From Lama guanicoe (Eukaryota): a DNA stretch of 20,000 bases. Both the position numbers and the translations under genes were made by a program. The notes beneath the pieces are model-generated. The model worked only from the letters and a program-made list of their open reading frames with translations, did no database searches and was not told the DNA's origin. This document shows positions 9,124 to 20,000 of this stretch, in pieces. Positions within the stretch are counted from its first letter, which is position 1; every line of letters starts with the position of its first letter. Location: the NCBI GenBank assembly GCA_013239625.1, contig MU054166.1:196945-216944 (forward strand), given 5' to 3'.

Positions 9124-12100
9124 TTAAATTTCACTGATGAGCCATCACATATTGTATTTTTCTTCCTGTTTCTGGCTTACTTCATGTAGACTGATTTTCT
9201 CCAGGAGCATCCATGTTGCTGAAAATGGTGTTATGTTGTAGTTTTATATGGCTGACTAGTATTCCAATGTATAAATATACCACCTCTTCTTTTTCCAGTC
9301 AACTGTCGATGGACATATAGGCTGTTTCCATGTCTTGACTATTGTAAATAGTGCTGGCTATGAATATTGGGTTTCAAGTGTCATCCTGAAATAGGGTTCC
9401 TTCTTGATTTATGCCCAGGAGCAGGATTCCTGGGTCATATGGTAAGTCTATTCCTAGGCTTTTGAAGTATCTCCATCCTGATTTCCACAGTGGCTGCACC
9501 AAACTGCATTGCCACCAGCTCTGAAGTATGGTTCCCTTTTCTCCACAGCCTCTCTAGCATTTGTCATTTGTAGATATTTGTATGATGGCCATTCTGACTA
9601 GTGTGAGGTGATACCTCACTGTAGTTTTGATTTACATTTCTATGATAATCAGTGATATTGAGCATTTTCTGATGTGTCTTTTGATCATTTGTATGTCTTC
9701 CATGGAGAATCACTTGTTTAGGTTTTCTGCCCATTTTTGGATTGTGTTGTTTATTTTTTCATATTCAATTGCATGAGCTGCTTCTATACTCTTAAGGTCA
9801 ATCCTTTGTCGGTTTCATATGCAAATTATTTTCCCATTCAGCAGGTTGTCTTTTTGTTTCAATTCCGGTTTGTGTACTTTGCAGAAGCTTGTAAGTTTCA
9901 TTATGTCTCATTTGTTTATTCTTGTTTTATTTCTTCTACAAGAATATTTTCGAGACATATGTCACATAACGTTTTACCTGTATTTTCCTCAAGGAGGTTT
10001 ATTTTATCTTCTCTTATGTTTAAGTCTTTGATCCATTCTGAGTTTATTATTGTGTATGGTGTTCTACTTTTATTTGGAGTGTTCTAGCTTCATTGATTTA
10101 CATGCTGCTGTCCAGTTTTCACGACACCAGTTGCTGAAAGGACTGTCTCAATTCCATTGTACTTTCTTGCCTCCTTTGTCGAAGATTAATTGACCAAAAG
10201 TTTGTGGGTTCATTTCTGGGCTCTCTGTCCTGTTCCATTAGCCTATATGTCTGTTTTCCTACCAATACACTGCTGTCATTTTGACTGTAGCTGTATAGTA
10301 CTATCTGAATCGTTAGCGTAATGATATGCCACAGATTTTTGAATCTTAATATTGCAACCTGCTACCTTGCTGAATTCTTTGATCAGCTGTAGTAGTTTTT
10401 GTCTGGATCTTGCAGGGTTTTCTATATATAGTAATATATTATCTGCATATAGTCAGACTTCTCTCTCTTCCTTTCCAACTTGCATCCATTTTAATTCTCT
10501 CTCTTGTTTGATTGCTGTGGCTTGGACTTCCATGATTATATTGAGTTGGGGTGGTGATAGTGTGCATCCTTGTCTTGTCCCAGATTTTAGTTGGAAAATT
10601 TTGGTTTTCTCACTTTTGAGTACTATGTTGGCTGTAGGTTTGTTTTCTATAGCTTTCATGATGCTGAAATATGTTCCCTCTATGTCCACTTTCATGAGAG
10701 TTTTTATCATACGTGGGTGTTGAATTTTATCAAATGCTATTCCTGCACCTATTGAGATGATCATGTGGTTTTGGTCCTTTCTCTTGTTGATGTGCTGCAT
10801 TACACTGATTGATTTGCATATGTTGAACCACCCCTGTGTCCCTGGCATGATCCCCAATTGGTCATGATGAATAATCTTTTATCTGTGCTGTTGGATTCTA
10901 TTTGCTTCTATTTTGGTGAGGATTTTGGAGTCTGTGTTCATAAGTGATATTGGCCTATAATTCTCTTTTTTGGTAGTGTCTTTGCCTGGTTGTGGTATCA
11001 GGGTGATGGTGGCTTCATAGAATTACTTTGGGAGTATTCCTTCCTTTTCAATCTTCTGGGAGAGTTTGAGAAGGACTGGTATGAGTTCTTCTCTGTATGT
11101 TTTGTAGAATTTCTCAGTGAATCCATCCAGTATGGCACTGCTATATTTAGGGAGGTTTTATATTGCTATTTTTATTTCATTTCTAGTGCTCTGCTTGTTC
11201 AAGTGGTCAGTTTCTTCTTGATTCATTCTTGGTGGGCAGTATGTTTCCAGAAATTTGTCCATCTCCTTTAGTTATCCAGTTAATTTCCATATAATTTTAA
11301 TAATATTTTCATATGTTATTCTATATTTCTTTTTTATTTGTTGTAATTTCTCCTTTCTCCTTTTTATTTTGCTAGTTTGTGTTCTCTCTCTTTTCTTTTA
11401 TTTGAATTTGGACAGTTGTTTGTTGATTTTACTTACTTTTTTGAAAAACCAGTTTTTGTATTCGTTGAATTTTTCCCTATGGTGTTATTAACCTCTATTT
11501 TATGTGTTTCCTCCCCAATATTTATGATTTTCTTCCTTCTGCTTCCTTTTGGGGTTTTTTGTTCTTCTTTTTCTAGTGCTTTCTGCTGGTGGGTTACATT
11601 GTTTATTTGTGATTTTTCTTCTCTTTTGAAGAAGGTCTGTATCGCTATAAACACCCCTCTCAGCACTGCTTTTGATGTGTCCCATAAATTTTGTGTGGTT
11701 TTGCTTCATTTTCCTTTGTCTCAAGGTACATTTTTATTTCAGCTTTGATTTCTTAATTGAACCATTGGTTTCTTAATAAAATATTGTTTAATCTCCATGT
11801 TTTCCTTTTGTTCTCCTTTCTTTCGCTGTTGTTGATTTCCAGCTTCATGGCATTGTGTTCAGTAATGATGCTTGTGGTAATTTCTATCTTCTTAAAGTTG
11901 CTGAGGATTCTTTTGTGCCCAAGTACATCATTAATCCTGGAAAATATTCCACTGCACTTCAAAATTATGTATATCCTATTTTGGGTATTGCAATGCTCTG
12001 AAATTATCCATCAAGTGTAATATTTCTATTGTATTATTTAACTTCTCTGTTGCCTAGTTTATTTTCTGTCTCAATGATCTGTCCAGCGATGTCCTTCTAT

Positions 12101-12369
12101 GTCTTACTTTATGACCTTTGTTTAAAGACTATTTTGTCTGCAATCAGTACTACAACACCTTCTTTTTTGGCTTTTCCAATTGTATGGAATACCCTTTTCC
12201 ATCATTTCACTCTTAATCTATATGTGTCCTCTCTGAAGTGGGTCTCTTGTATGCAACATATTGAAGGTTCTTGCTTTATTATCCAGCCTGCCACTCTATG
12301 ACTTTCGACTGGAGCATTTAGTCCATTACCATTTACATTAATTGATAATATTTTTGAGTTTATTGCCAT
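9124..12369 (-). pseudogene. L1 ORF2 remnant of copy D
   Basis: Hand translation from ATG 12369 gives MAINSKILSINVNGNGLNAPVESHRVAGWIIKQEPSICCIQETHFREDTYRLRVK*WKRVFH (APE-type endonuclease N-terminus with a premature stop). The RT block [24 protein letters not shown]...[11 protein letters not shown] is in ORF 10453-10857, and the catalytic motif reads YADN at 10438-10449. Confidence 0.95.
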
Positions 12370-12774
12370 TTTCACCTTATTTTCCAGTTGCTTTAGTATT
12401 TCCTCTTTGTTCCTTTCATCTTCCTTTTATTGTTTGGTAATTTTCCTTTGTATTATCATAAATTTTATTTAGTTTTAGTGACCCCTGATAAGTTTTGTCT
12501 TCTTATTACCCTTTTTATAAGTCTTTTAGACCATTATTATAACAACTTGTATTAAACTGATAGTAACATTATCTCAAACCCATCCTACCGAGAACAAAAA
12601 ATTTTAAAAGGAAAGACCAAAAAAAAAAATCTCTATTTTCCTGCCTCCCTCTCCCACTCTCAATGATTTGCATGTCTTGTTTTAAAATTTGGTGTTTATT
12701 TTATTTGTAATTCATGAGTTATCACATTTCCAGCTGTGAGTTTCACGTTTCTGTAGCACCCTGCTTCTTTTCTT

Positions 12775-13661
12775 TTAGAGAAGTCCTTTCAATATATCTT
12801 TCAGCACGGGTCTAGTGTTGCTAAATTCTTGAAGCTTTTTTTCTGTGAAATTCTTTATGTCTCCTTCTACCATAAAGGATAGCCTTGTTGGTCAAAGTAT
12901 CCTACTGTATATCACTTTTTTATTCCAGACTTTCAATATACCTTGCCACTCCATTCTGCCCTGTAGTATTTGTGTAGTGAAATCAGCTGGGAGCCTTCTG
13001 GGGATTCCCTTGTAACTCACTCTTTGCTATGCTCTTGTTGCCTATAGGATAATTTCTTTTTCCTTGATTCTGGCCATCTTAATTTTATGTCTTTGTGTGG
13101 GTGTATTTGGGTTTTTCTGTTTGGGACACTCTGAGCTTCCTGTACTTGTATATCTGATTCCTTATTTAAGTTTGGGAAGTTCTCAGTCATGATTTCTTCA
13201 AACACCTTTGCAATTCTCTTTGATCTTTCCTCCACTTCTGGGACTTCTATCACGCCAAGATTGGCATTCATTCTATTATCCCATAAGTCCCTTATTCTTT
13301 TTTTATTTATTTCTCATTGTTCCTCTTGTAGATATTCTAATTGGGTGCTTTCTATTGTCCTGTCATCTAAGTCACTAATTCGTTCCTCTGTGTTATCTAG
13401 TCAGCTTTGTGACACCTTTAGATCATTCCTCATCTCAGTGAATGAGTTTACCTATTCTACTTGGCTCTTCCTTACAGCTTACATTTCATTTTTAACATAT
13501 TTTATATTTATAAACATTATCTCTTTTATTTCCTTCAGTAATTTGATCACACCATTTTTGAATTCTTGATCTATTAGGCCCTGGAAGTCTATCTCATTTA
13601 TCATTCTTTCAGGGGATTTCTCTTGTGCTTTTAATTGGGAATGGTTTCTCTGTTCCTTCAT
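12775..13661 (-). pseudogene. L1 ORF1 (RNA-binding chaperone) remnant of copy D
   Basis: N-terminus MKEQRNHSQLKAQEKSPER (ORF 13479-13661). RRM-region NLGVIEVPEVEERSKRIAKVFEEIMTENFPNLNKESDIQVQEAQSVP (ORF 13017-13271). C-terminus KLQEFSNTRPVLKDILKGLL* ends at 12775. Confidence 0.93.
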
Positions 13662-15265
13662 CTTGCTCCTACCTCTCTAGCACTGTGTTTTTTGGAGTAT
13701 CAGTTATCTATTGTGGTCCTAAAATAGTTTATCAAACTATTGCCTGTGTAGTATTACAACTTATAAAAGAGAAAAAGAGAGATATAAAGAATTTTTAAGA
13801 AGGGAGAAAAAAGGTTTGAAGACATTATATAGTGAATAATAGAAAAGCAAGTTGATGCAGAGTTATGAAAAATTATAATAATAAAAATATTTTTATAAAT
13901 TTCAAAGTGATTAAAATGGGGGTATATATAATTGCAGAAGTAGAAATTAGGAGGGTAATAGAAAATGGAACAGGTAAAAACAGATTAAAACAAGGTGGTG
14001 GTCAGTGTCCTCCTGGTGACTGCGTACTTTTAATGTGAAATCTTTCTGTATTCGTTCTGTTTTGGAAGCTCAGCTTGCTGTTTTCAACGGCCCTCCATTT
14101 TCACCCTCATCTGTGCTGCTTCCAGGGCATGTTGGTAAGCAGATGGCTCCTACACCCAACACTGGGTCAGGTGCAGCTCTCTTTACTCTGGGCTGGCTTG
14201 TCACTGCCCTGACAGATGCTGCAGTCAGATGTTGCAGACTGACAAGGCATGATTGCACATCACGCCCTCTCCCAACCACATGGTCAGGGGCTACATTTCA
14301 GCCCAAAATGTGGGGGGCAACCCGCTCCCTCAGTGTGCTGATCACTCTGCTGCTCTGTGCCACTGTACACTCTGCCTCGGGTATGCATACCTTAATTGGG
14401 CTCAGGGAAGACTGAGGAACTGCCCTCTCCCTGGTCTGGGCGAAAATCCAGCTCCTTGTTTTAATTGGCGTACAAGTTCCCTGAGGAATCATTACAGTAG
14501 GACCCTATCTGCCTCAGGCTGTAGAGAAGTCTCGGTCTGGCCCTTGATGTTGCTAAGTCCTTAGGTGTAGATGCAGTTTTTGCTCCCATTGCCACCTGGG
14601 TGCAAAGCACCAGAGTGTTTGGTGGCTGTGTCTGAGCCCCAGCTCCCTTCATCTAGAAACTTTTGTGGATTTTCAGAGATAGGGAATGCACCCTTCACCC
14701 CACAGGGCACATCTGCCCTGTTGCTTTATGGAGGGCCCAGGTTTTACTGCCCTGTGCACCCACAGCCATGACACGAAGCCCATTCAATTCCCCTGGGCTG
14801 CCACTGTGCAGCCATCCTCATCTAACACCCAGTTCGGGCAGCATGGCCCTGCCTCCAGCTTCCAGGCTGCATCATTTGCTGGGTCTCATAGGGATCCTCT
14901 GTGACTGTTTAACTTAGTTTTGTCAGTCAACTAATACTTTGTACAGGTACAAGCCTTGGAGGCTCCCCCTCTGTCCGGCTGAACTCTCAGTTGGAGAGGG
15001 GAGACACAGTGAATGAGCACCAGTCCTCCTTTGCTGCTCCCTCCCCGTGGTACCTGTCCCACTCTGTTTTGCCTTTTCTTCTTTCTTTCTTCCTTTTCTA
15101 CTACCAGAATTTTCACATCTTTATAGATTGAAGAGGACAAGGTTCTGTCACAGTTCTGCAGGTTCTCTGGTTAGCTGAGTGGGTCTGTGGATGTGAGTGT
15201 TGGTGCATTTGTGGGAAAGGATGAGCTACGAGCATCCTTCTGCTCCACCATCTTTGCTTCCCCCC
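13662..15265 (-). promoter_or_regulatory. L1-D 5' UTR / internal promoter region (~1.6 kb), CpG-decayed
   Basis: The main GC-rich stretch of the window (~14030-15265), lying upstream of ORF1 and followed by a T-rich segment on the minus strand. It is rich in TG/CA and poor in CG. Promoter function is inferred from L1 biology and is not shown. Confidence 0.8.
15245..15254 (-). promoter_or_regulatory. YY1-like motif near the L1 5' end (AAGATGGTGG)
   Basis: Sits about 12 nt from the G-rich 5' end, matching the position and core of the known L1 YY1 site AAGATGGC(C/G). The T is consistent with CpG deamination. Confidence 0.6.
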
Positions 15266-18200
15266 AAAAATGTCTCACTTTATGGTGGAAGATAATCATA
15301 GTCTTGAAATAAATGGAAAAGTTATTCCATGGAAATGACAAGAAAGTGCAGTTTGCAATGATCAACTCATACAAAATAGGTTTTAAAATAAGGGCCATAA
15401 TGAAAGAGATATGAGATTATATAGAAAATGACATCAATATAAAAATTGGGGATTACACTCATTAAATTATATATGTCCCAACACCATAGATCCTAATTAT
15501 AAAATGAAATTTTAGTAGATATGAAATAATTAATTCATTTTAAAACAATAAGAATAGATGAGTTTAACACCTCACCATTGTGATGATCAGATCATCCAGC
15601 AAGAAAATCTGTAAGGAAACAGAGGTCTTAATAACAAATTAGATCATTTGAACCTAACTGAGATATTGGTCACTGCATTAGAAAAGCAGAACACATAAAC
15701 TTTTCAAGTGTGCACAGTATGTTATGTAAGGAAATAACCACATATTATGTCATGAAATAAGCTTCAGGAACTTTAAGCAAATATAGATAAGAGCAATTAT
15801 CTTTCCATACACAAAATTATGAAACTATGCATCAACTCTAGAAAGAAGTATAGGAAAATCACAAACATGAGATCAAACAACTTCTTTTAAAAAAATACAA
15901 TAAAACAATGCCTATGATGAAATCAAAGAGGTAATAAAATCATACCTGGGGACAAATTACAGTGAAAACACAGCTTTTTAAATGTATGGCACGCATCAAA
16001 GACAAATCTACGAAGTAATTTGGGAACAAATATCGTATTCTACAAGGAACAAGAAAAAAATCATACAAAGGACCAAGCATAACACCCAAAATAACAACAA
16101 ATAAGATCATATAAAACCCAAAGGCAGTAGAATGAGAAATCTTTAATGATTAGGTTGAAAATAAATAAAATAAAATTTGAAAAATAAATTACAAATCATA
16201 AAATCAACAGCTTAAATATTTATTAAAATTTTAACAATCAGAAAAGCATTTAGCTAGGCTTATCAAGAAATACAGATACTGGACCCAAACAAAATAAGAA
16301 ATGAAACAGTAGTAATAATATCTGATATTACAGAAATACAAAAAAATTTTATGAAATCACTGTGAGCTGTTACGTGACAAACCAACTGGACGACCTAAAT
16401 GAAATGGAGAAATTTACAAAAATGTACAGCCTGCCAAGACTGAAAAAGAGAAAATTGAGAACTTGAATGGAGCAATCAGTATAAGTTAAATGAAATGTAT
16501 AATTTTAAATACACCCCTTGAACAAAATGCCTAGATTCCATGACTAAAACCCCTTTCCCCCCAACTATTTTAAAAAATGAAGGAGGAAGTACAATTCCCA
16601 AATTTATTCCATGAGGCCACAATTACCCTTATAACAAAACCAAAGACACTACCAAAAAAAATGGAAATGAAAATCCAATATCCTTGATGAATATAGATTC
16701 AAAAATCCAGGAAAAACTTCAACAAATTAATCCAGCAATACATAGAAATTATTATAAATGATGATCAGTTGGAATCTTTCCAGAGTCATAAGAATGGTTC
16801 AACATACACAAGTCAAGCAGCATGACACATATCTAATAAACTAAGGACAAAATTCATAAGACCATGTCAATACACAAAGAAAAAGCTTTTGCCAACTTTC
16901 AACATACATTCATCATCAGAAATCTCATGAAAGTGAGTACAATTTGAACATTTCTCAACATACTAAAGGCTATTTATAACAATTTATAATACTCAGGGGA
17001 AAGGCTGAAAGCCTTCTGGGGAAATTCGGGAACAAGACAATGATTGCTACTCTCACCACTTCTGTTCAATAGTAATAGAAGAAAGGAAAAGGAAAAGAAA
17101 AAGAAGAAAAAGAACCACAAAATGGAAAGAAAGAGGCAAAATTGTCACCAGTAGTGAAGGCATAAAAATCTACACAGAGTGTCCTAAGGGCTCCACACTG
17201 ACTATTATGAACAATAAATAATTTCATCAAGGGAGCAGGGTACAAGATTAATGTAAAGACATCTCTTGCATTTGCCCAGATTAATCATGAGATACCATAA
17301 AATGGACGTTGACAGCAATAATATTTAAAACCCCATACCACCGAATATCTTGGAAAATGTAACCATATATTTGAAAGAACTACACACTGAAAATTATAAA
17401 ACATTGACAAAGAAATTAAAAATGTTTCCAAGAAATGGAAAGATGTCTTGTGGTCTTGGATTGAAAGAGTTCATATTGTTAACATGGCTGTACTACACAA
17501 AGATACCTAAGGATTCAGTGCAATTCCTCTTATGAAGCTGTAGTATTTTCCACAGAACCAGAAAATAAATAACTCTAAGTTTTACATGAAACCATTAAAA
17601 TTGCCAAAATGATCTTGAGAAAAAACAACAAATCTGGAGGTTTAACCCTCCTGGGTTAATTACTATAATACAAACCTACAGTGAAATAACCACCATGGCA
17701 TTGGCACAGAGACACAATCAATAAAAACATGGAGAGCCTAGAAATAATTCCACACACCTATGATCAATGAATCTATGATAAAAGAGGCAGGATTTCACAA
17801 TGGAGAAAGACAGTCTCGTCAATGGATGGTGTTGGGAAATCTATACATCTATATGTAAAACAGTGAAACAAGAGCATTCCCTGACATCATATATAAAAAT
17901 AAACTCCAAGTGTATTAAGGACCTAAATGTAAGACCTGATACTATAAAACTGCTAGAAAGGAATATAGGTGATACACTATTGGATATACATCATAGGAAT
18001 ATTTTATTATTTCAGTCTCCTTAGGCAAAGTAAATAAAAGGAAAAATAAACAAGTGGGACCAAAACAAAATTGAAAATTTCTGCACAGCTAAGGACACAA
18101 TCAATGAAATTAAAACACTGCCTGTGTAATTGGAGAACATATTTGCAAACAATGCAAGTGACCAGGGGTTAATAGATGTAGGTTAATATATATAACATGG

Positions 18201-18954
18201 ATTTAGGTTACACATCTCAAGGTGAAAAACAAAAACCCAATCAAAAACAAAAGCAGAATACCTGAGTAAATAGTTTTCCAAAGAAAACATTCAGATGAGT
18301 AACAGGCAAATGATAAAATTTCACAACATTATTAACTATTAGGTAATTGCAAATTAAAACCACAATGAGGTATCACTTCACACTGGTCAAACGACTGTAA
18401 TCAAAAAGTCTACAAATAGTAAGTGTTGGAGACAATGTGGAGGTAAGAAATCTCTTGTATACTCTCGGTATTAATGGAAATTGTTAGACCTTCTAAGGAA
18501 AACAGTATTCAGATTTGTTTAAAAACTTAAAAGTTAACTACCATATGACCCAGTAATTACTCTCCTCGGAAAAATCTGGGGAAACATCCTAAATTGAGAA
18601 GAACCAATGTTCAAAACAGCACTGTTAATAATATGCAAGACAGGGAAGCAATCCAAGAGTCCACAGTAGACTATAGACTTAAGAAGAAATGATGATTCTA
18701 TTAATATGCAATGGAATATTACTCAGCCATGCAAAAGTATAACACATTGCTATTTCAGCATCACGAAAGGATCTAGTAAATATTGTGCTTAGTGAAGTAA
18801 CTTAGACAAACACAAAAGTATATAATATAATTTATATGTGGAATCTAAAGAATAACATATCTGTGTACATCTATGTATAGCTATGTATTGATAGATGACA
18901 GATAAATATATAGAAGGATAGATACATACATACATGATAGATAGATAGATAGAC

Positions 18955-18997
<43 letters not shown>

Positions 18998-19330
18998 GGC
19001 ATGATGGAGTGGTAAAGAAAGTAGATAGGAAAGACTTAAACAGACTCAAAGATATAGATGGGAAAAAATTTATGTTTACCAAAGTGGAAGGGAAAGAGAA
19101 TTTAAAGGTAGAACATTGACAGATAGAAAGTAGTATATATTAAGTAGTGAAGCAACAAGGATAATCTGTATAGATTAGGGAATTATACACAATAGCTTAA
19201 TATAATTGTATGTTACAATTATTGAAATATTTCATAATGCAATATAATTTACAAAGTGGTTAGAATATCCATGTAGTACATCTGAAACTACACAATATTA
19301 TACATCTACTGTACTTCAATTAAAAATAAA
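15266..19330 (+). mobile_element. LINE-1 copy E: diverged ORF2 remnant (starting inside the endonuclease domain), 3' UTR and short A tail
   Basis: Starts at the 'ETHF...WKKIFHAN' region (TGGAAAAGTTATTCCATGGAAATG ~15314). It includes KELHTENYKTLTK and EKDSLVNGWCWEIYTSICKTVKQEHSLTSYIKINSKCIKDLNVRPDTIKLLERNIG. ORF2 ends TGTGGAATCTAA at 18848 and the 3' end is ...TACTTCAATTAAAAATAAA at 19330. Confidence 0.95.
18917..18997. repeat. Compound tetranucleotide microsatellite: GATA/CATA lead-in, then (GATA)4 GACA (GATA)10
   Basis: Counted directly: GATA x4 at 18936-18951, GACA at 18952-18955, GATA x10 at 18956-18995. It lies just after the ORF2 stop of copy E. Confidence 0.97.
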
Positions 19331-19334
19331 ACCT

Positions 19335-20000
19335 ATCATGTATAATTTAGTTGTTTTTACACTGATAGAATATTTCTTTAATATTGTTTTACTTTACTCT
19401 TTACTTTTTAGGATTACTCTTTCAAATGATTTCTTTTACTCTTGTGAACATACCAGTTTGAAGTATCTATATTTATTGCCCCTGATTTCCTATTTTTCTC
19501 TCTTTTATCCATATAGTATAGTAGCATTTATGAACATACCCAAAGAAACAGTTGCAACTTTCTCGTGGTCTCTCCTTAGCATTTTGGTCAATGATTTGCA
19601 TATTATTGCCACTTTATATTTCTTAGAGTACTTCTTTTCTACACCTCTTATAAGGTGTCTCGGTTTTGTTTTTTCATCTCATTCAGCGTTTGTTTGTCTG
19701 TTAAAGTCTTTACTTCTACTTTTTATCTAAGTGATAACTGTGTAAGTATTATTGGGTGAGTGATTTCTTATTTCAGTAGTTTGAAAATACAATTTTATTT
19801 ACCCTAGGCGTATGTTTTATGCTCAGAAATCTGCTGAAAGCCTAATGAGGGTTCCTTTGTAGATTATCATACCATAGATTATCATTTTTTGTCTGCCTTT
19901 AAAATTTTACTCTGTCAGTGTCTTGTCAATTTGCACATAACTTATCTTGAAGGAGGTCCCTTTGTCTTAAATTTATTGGTGTTTTGTGGGCTCAGCTCAC
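19335..20000 (-). mobile_element. LINE-1 copy F: old inter-ORF spacer and ORF1 C-terminal remnant, continuing past the window end
   Basis: GAAATCTGCTGAAAGCCTAATGAGGGTTCCTTTGTAG (~19827) is homologous to copy D ORF1 GAAATCAGCTGGGAGCCTTCTGGGGATTCCCTTGTAA (~12980). The ORF1 end is near 19625. Assigning 19335-19620 to the spacer is weaker. Confidence 0.75.

Larger units (their letters stand above)
8800..15265 (-). mobile_element. LINE-1 copy D: near full-length (5' UTR, ORF1, spacer, ORF2, 3' UTR, poly-A), inactive, with two internal deletions
   Basis: The minus strand starts GGGGGGAAGCAAAGATGGTGGAG at 15265, a typical L1 5' end. ORF1 and ORF2 remnants follow in order, then AATAAA at 8824-8829 and an interrupted poly-A (poly-T on +, 8800-8826). 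Confidence 0.97.

Noticed and set aside
10453..10857. RT fragment as part of a retron, DGR, group II intron or other novel RT system
   Set aside because: The motifs (QGWFNI.KS, AFDKIQH, GTRQGC.LSP) and the context (ORF1, APE endonuclease, poly-A) are canonical mammalian L1, and the frame is broken.
9737..13569. Long hydrophobic plus-strand ORFs (116, 123, 123 and 126 aa) that look like membrane proteins
   Set aside because: They are antisense to the A-rich L1-D ORF1/ORF2. The T-rich strand yields Phe/Leu/Ile/Ser-rich shadows, and there is no gene structure.
18789..19082. 97-aa ORF with YLSI repeats
   Set aside because: Translation of the (TATC)n microsatellite.
8790..19330. Head-to-head D/E (or C/E) arrangement as one twin-primed, 5'-inverted L1
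   Set aside because: The opposite-strand pieces overlap extensively in ORF2 coordinates, and D and E each have their own distinct 3' UTR and tail, so they are separate insertions.
19338..19730. 130-aa hydrophobic ATG ORF
   Set aside because: It lies antisense to the L1-F spacer and ORF1 end, and its composition is explained by T-richness. No recognisable domain.
19860..19885. Direct repeat TAGATTATCAT (19860-19870 and 19875-19885)
   Set aside because: A small local tandem duplication with a 4-bp spacer. It is not an array or an insertion with a body.

Overview
Mammalian genomic DNA made almost entirely of decayed retrotransposons. I found no host gene, RNA gene or intact ORF. It is a nested LINE-1 (L1) cluster, and the L1 3' UTRs resemble cetartiodactyl, probably camelid, families (recalled from memory, not searched). 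Layout from left to right: L1-A (+, 1-~4423; spacer, whole ORF2 remnant, 3' UTR, TAAA tail) carrying a ~45-bp L1 3'-end micro-insertion with a 12-bp target-site duplication (TSD); an older L1-B fragment (+) interrupted by a 429-bp solo LTR with a 5-bp TSD; a tail-less minus-strand L1 fragment; L1-C (-, ~6300-8790); near full-length L1-D (-, 8800-15265; 5' UTR, ORF1, ORF2 with two internal deletions, poly-A, no TSD); L1-E (+, 15266-19330) with a GATA microsatellite; and L1-F (-, spacer and ORF1 end) running off the right edge. The listed ORFs are L1 ORF1/ORF2 fragments, their antisense shadows, or chance ORFs in L1 non-coding regions. I see no convincing novel biological system. The points of interest are insertion and deletion mechanics.
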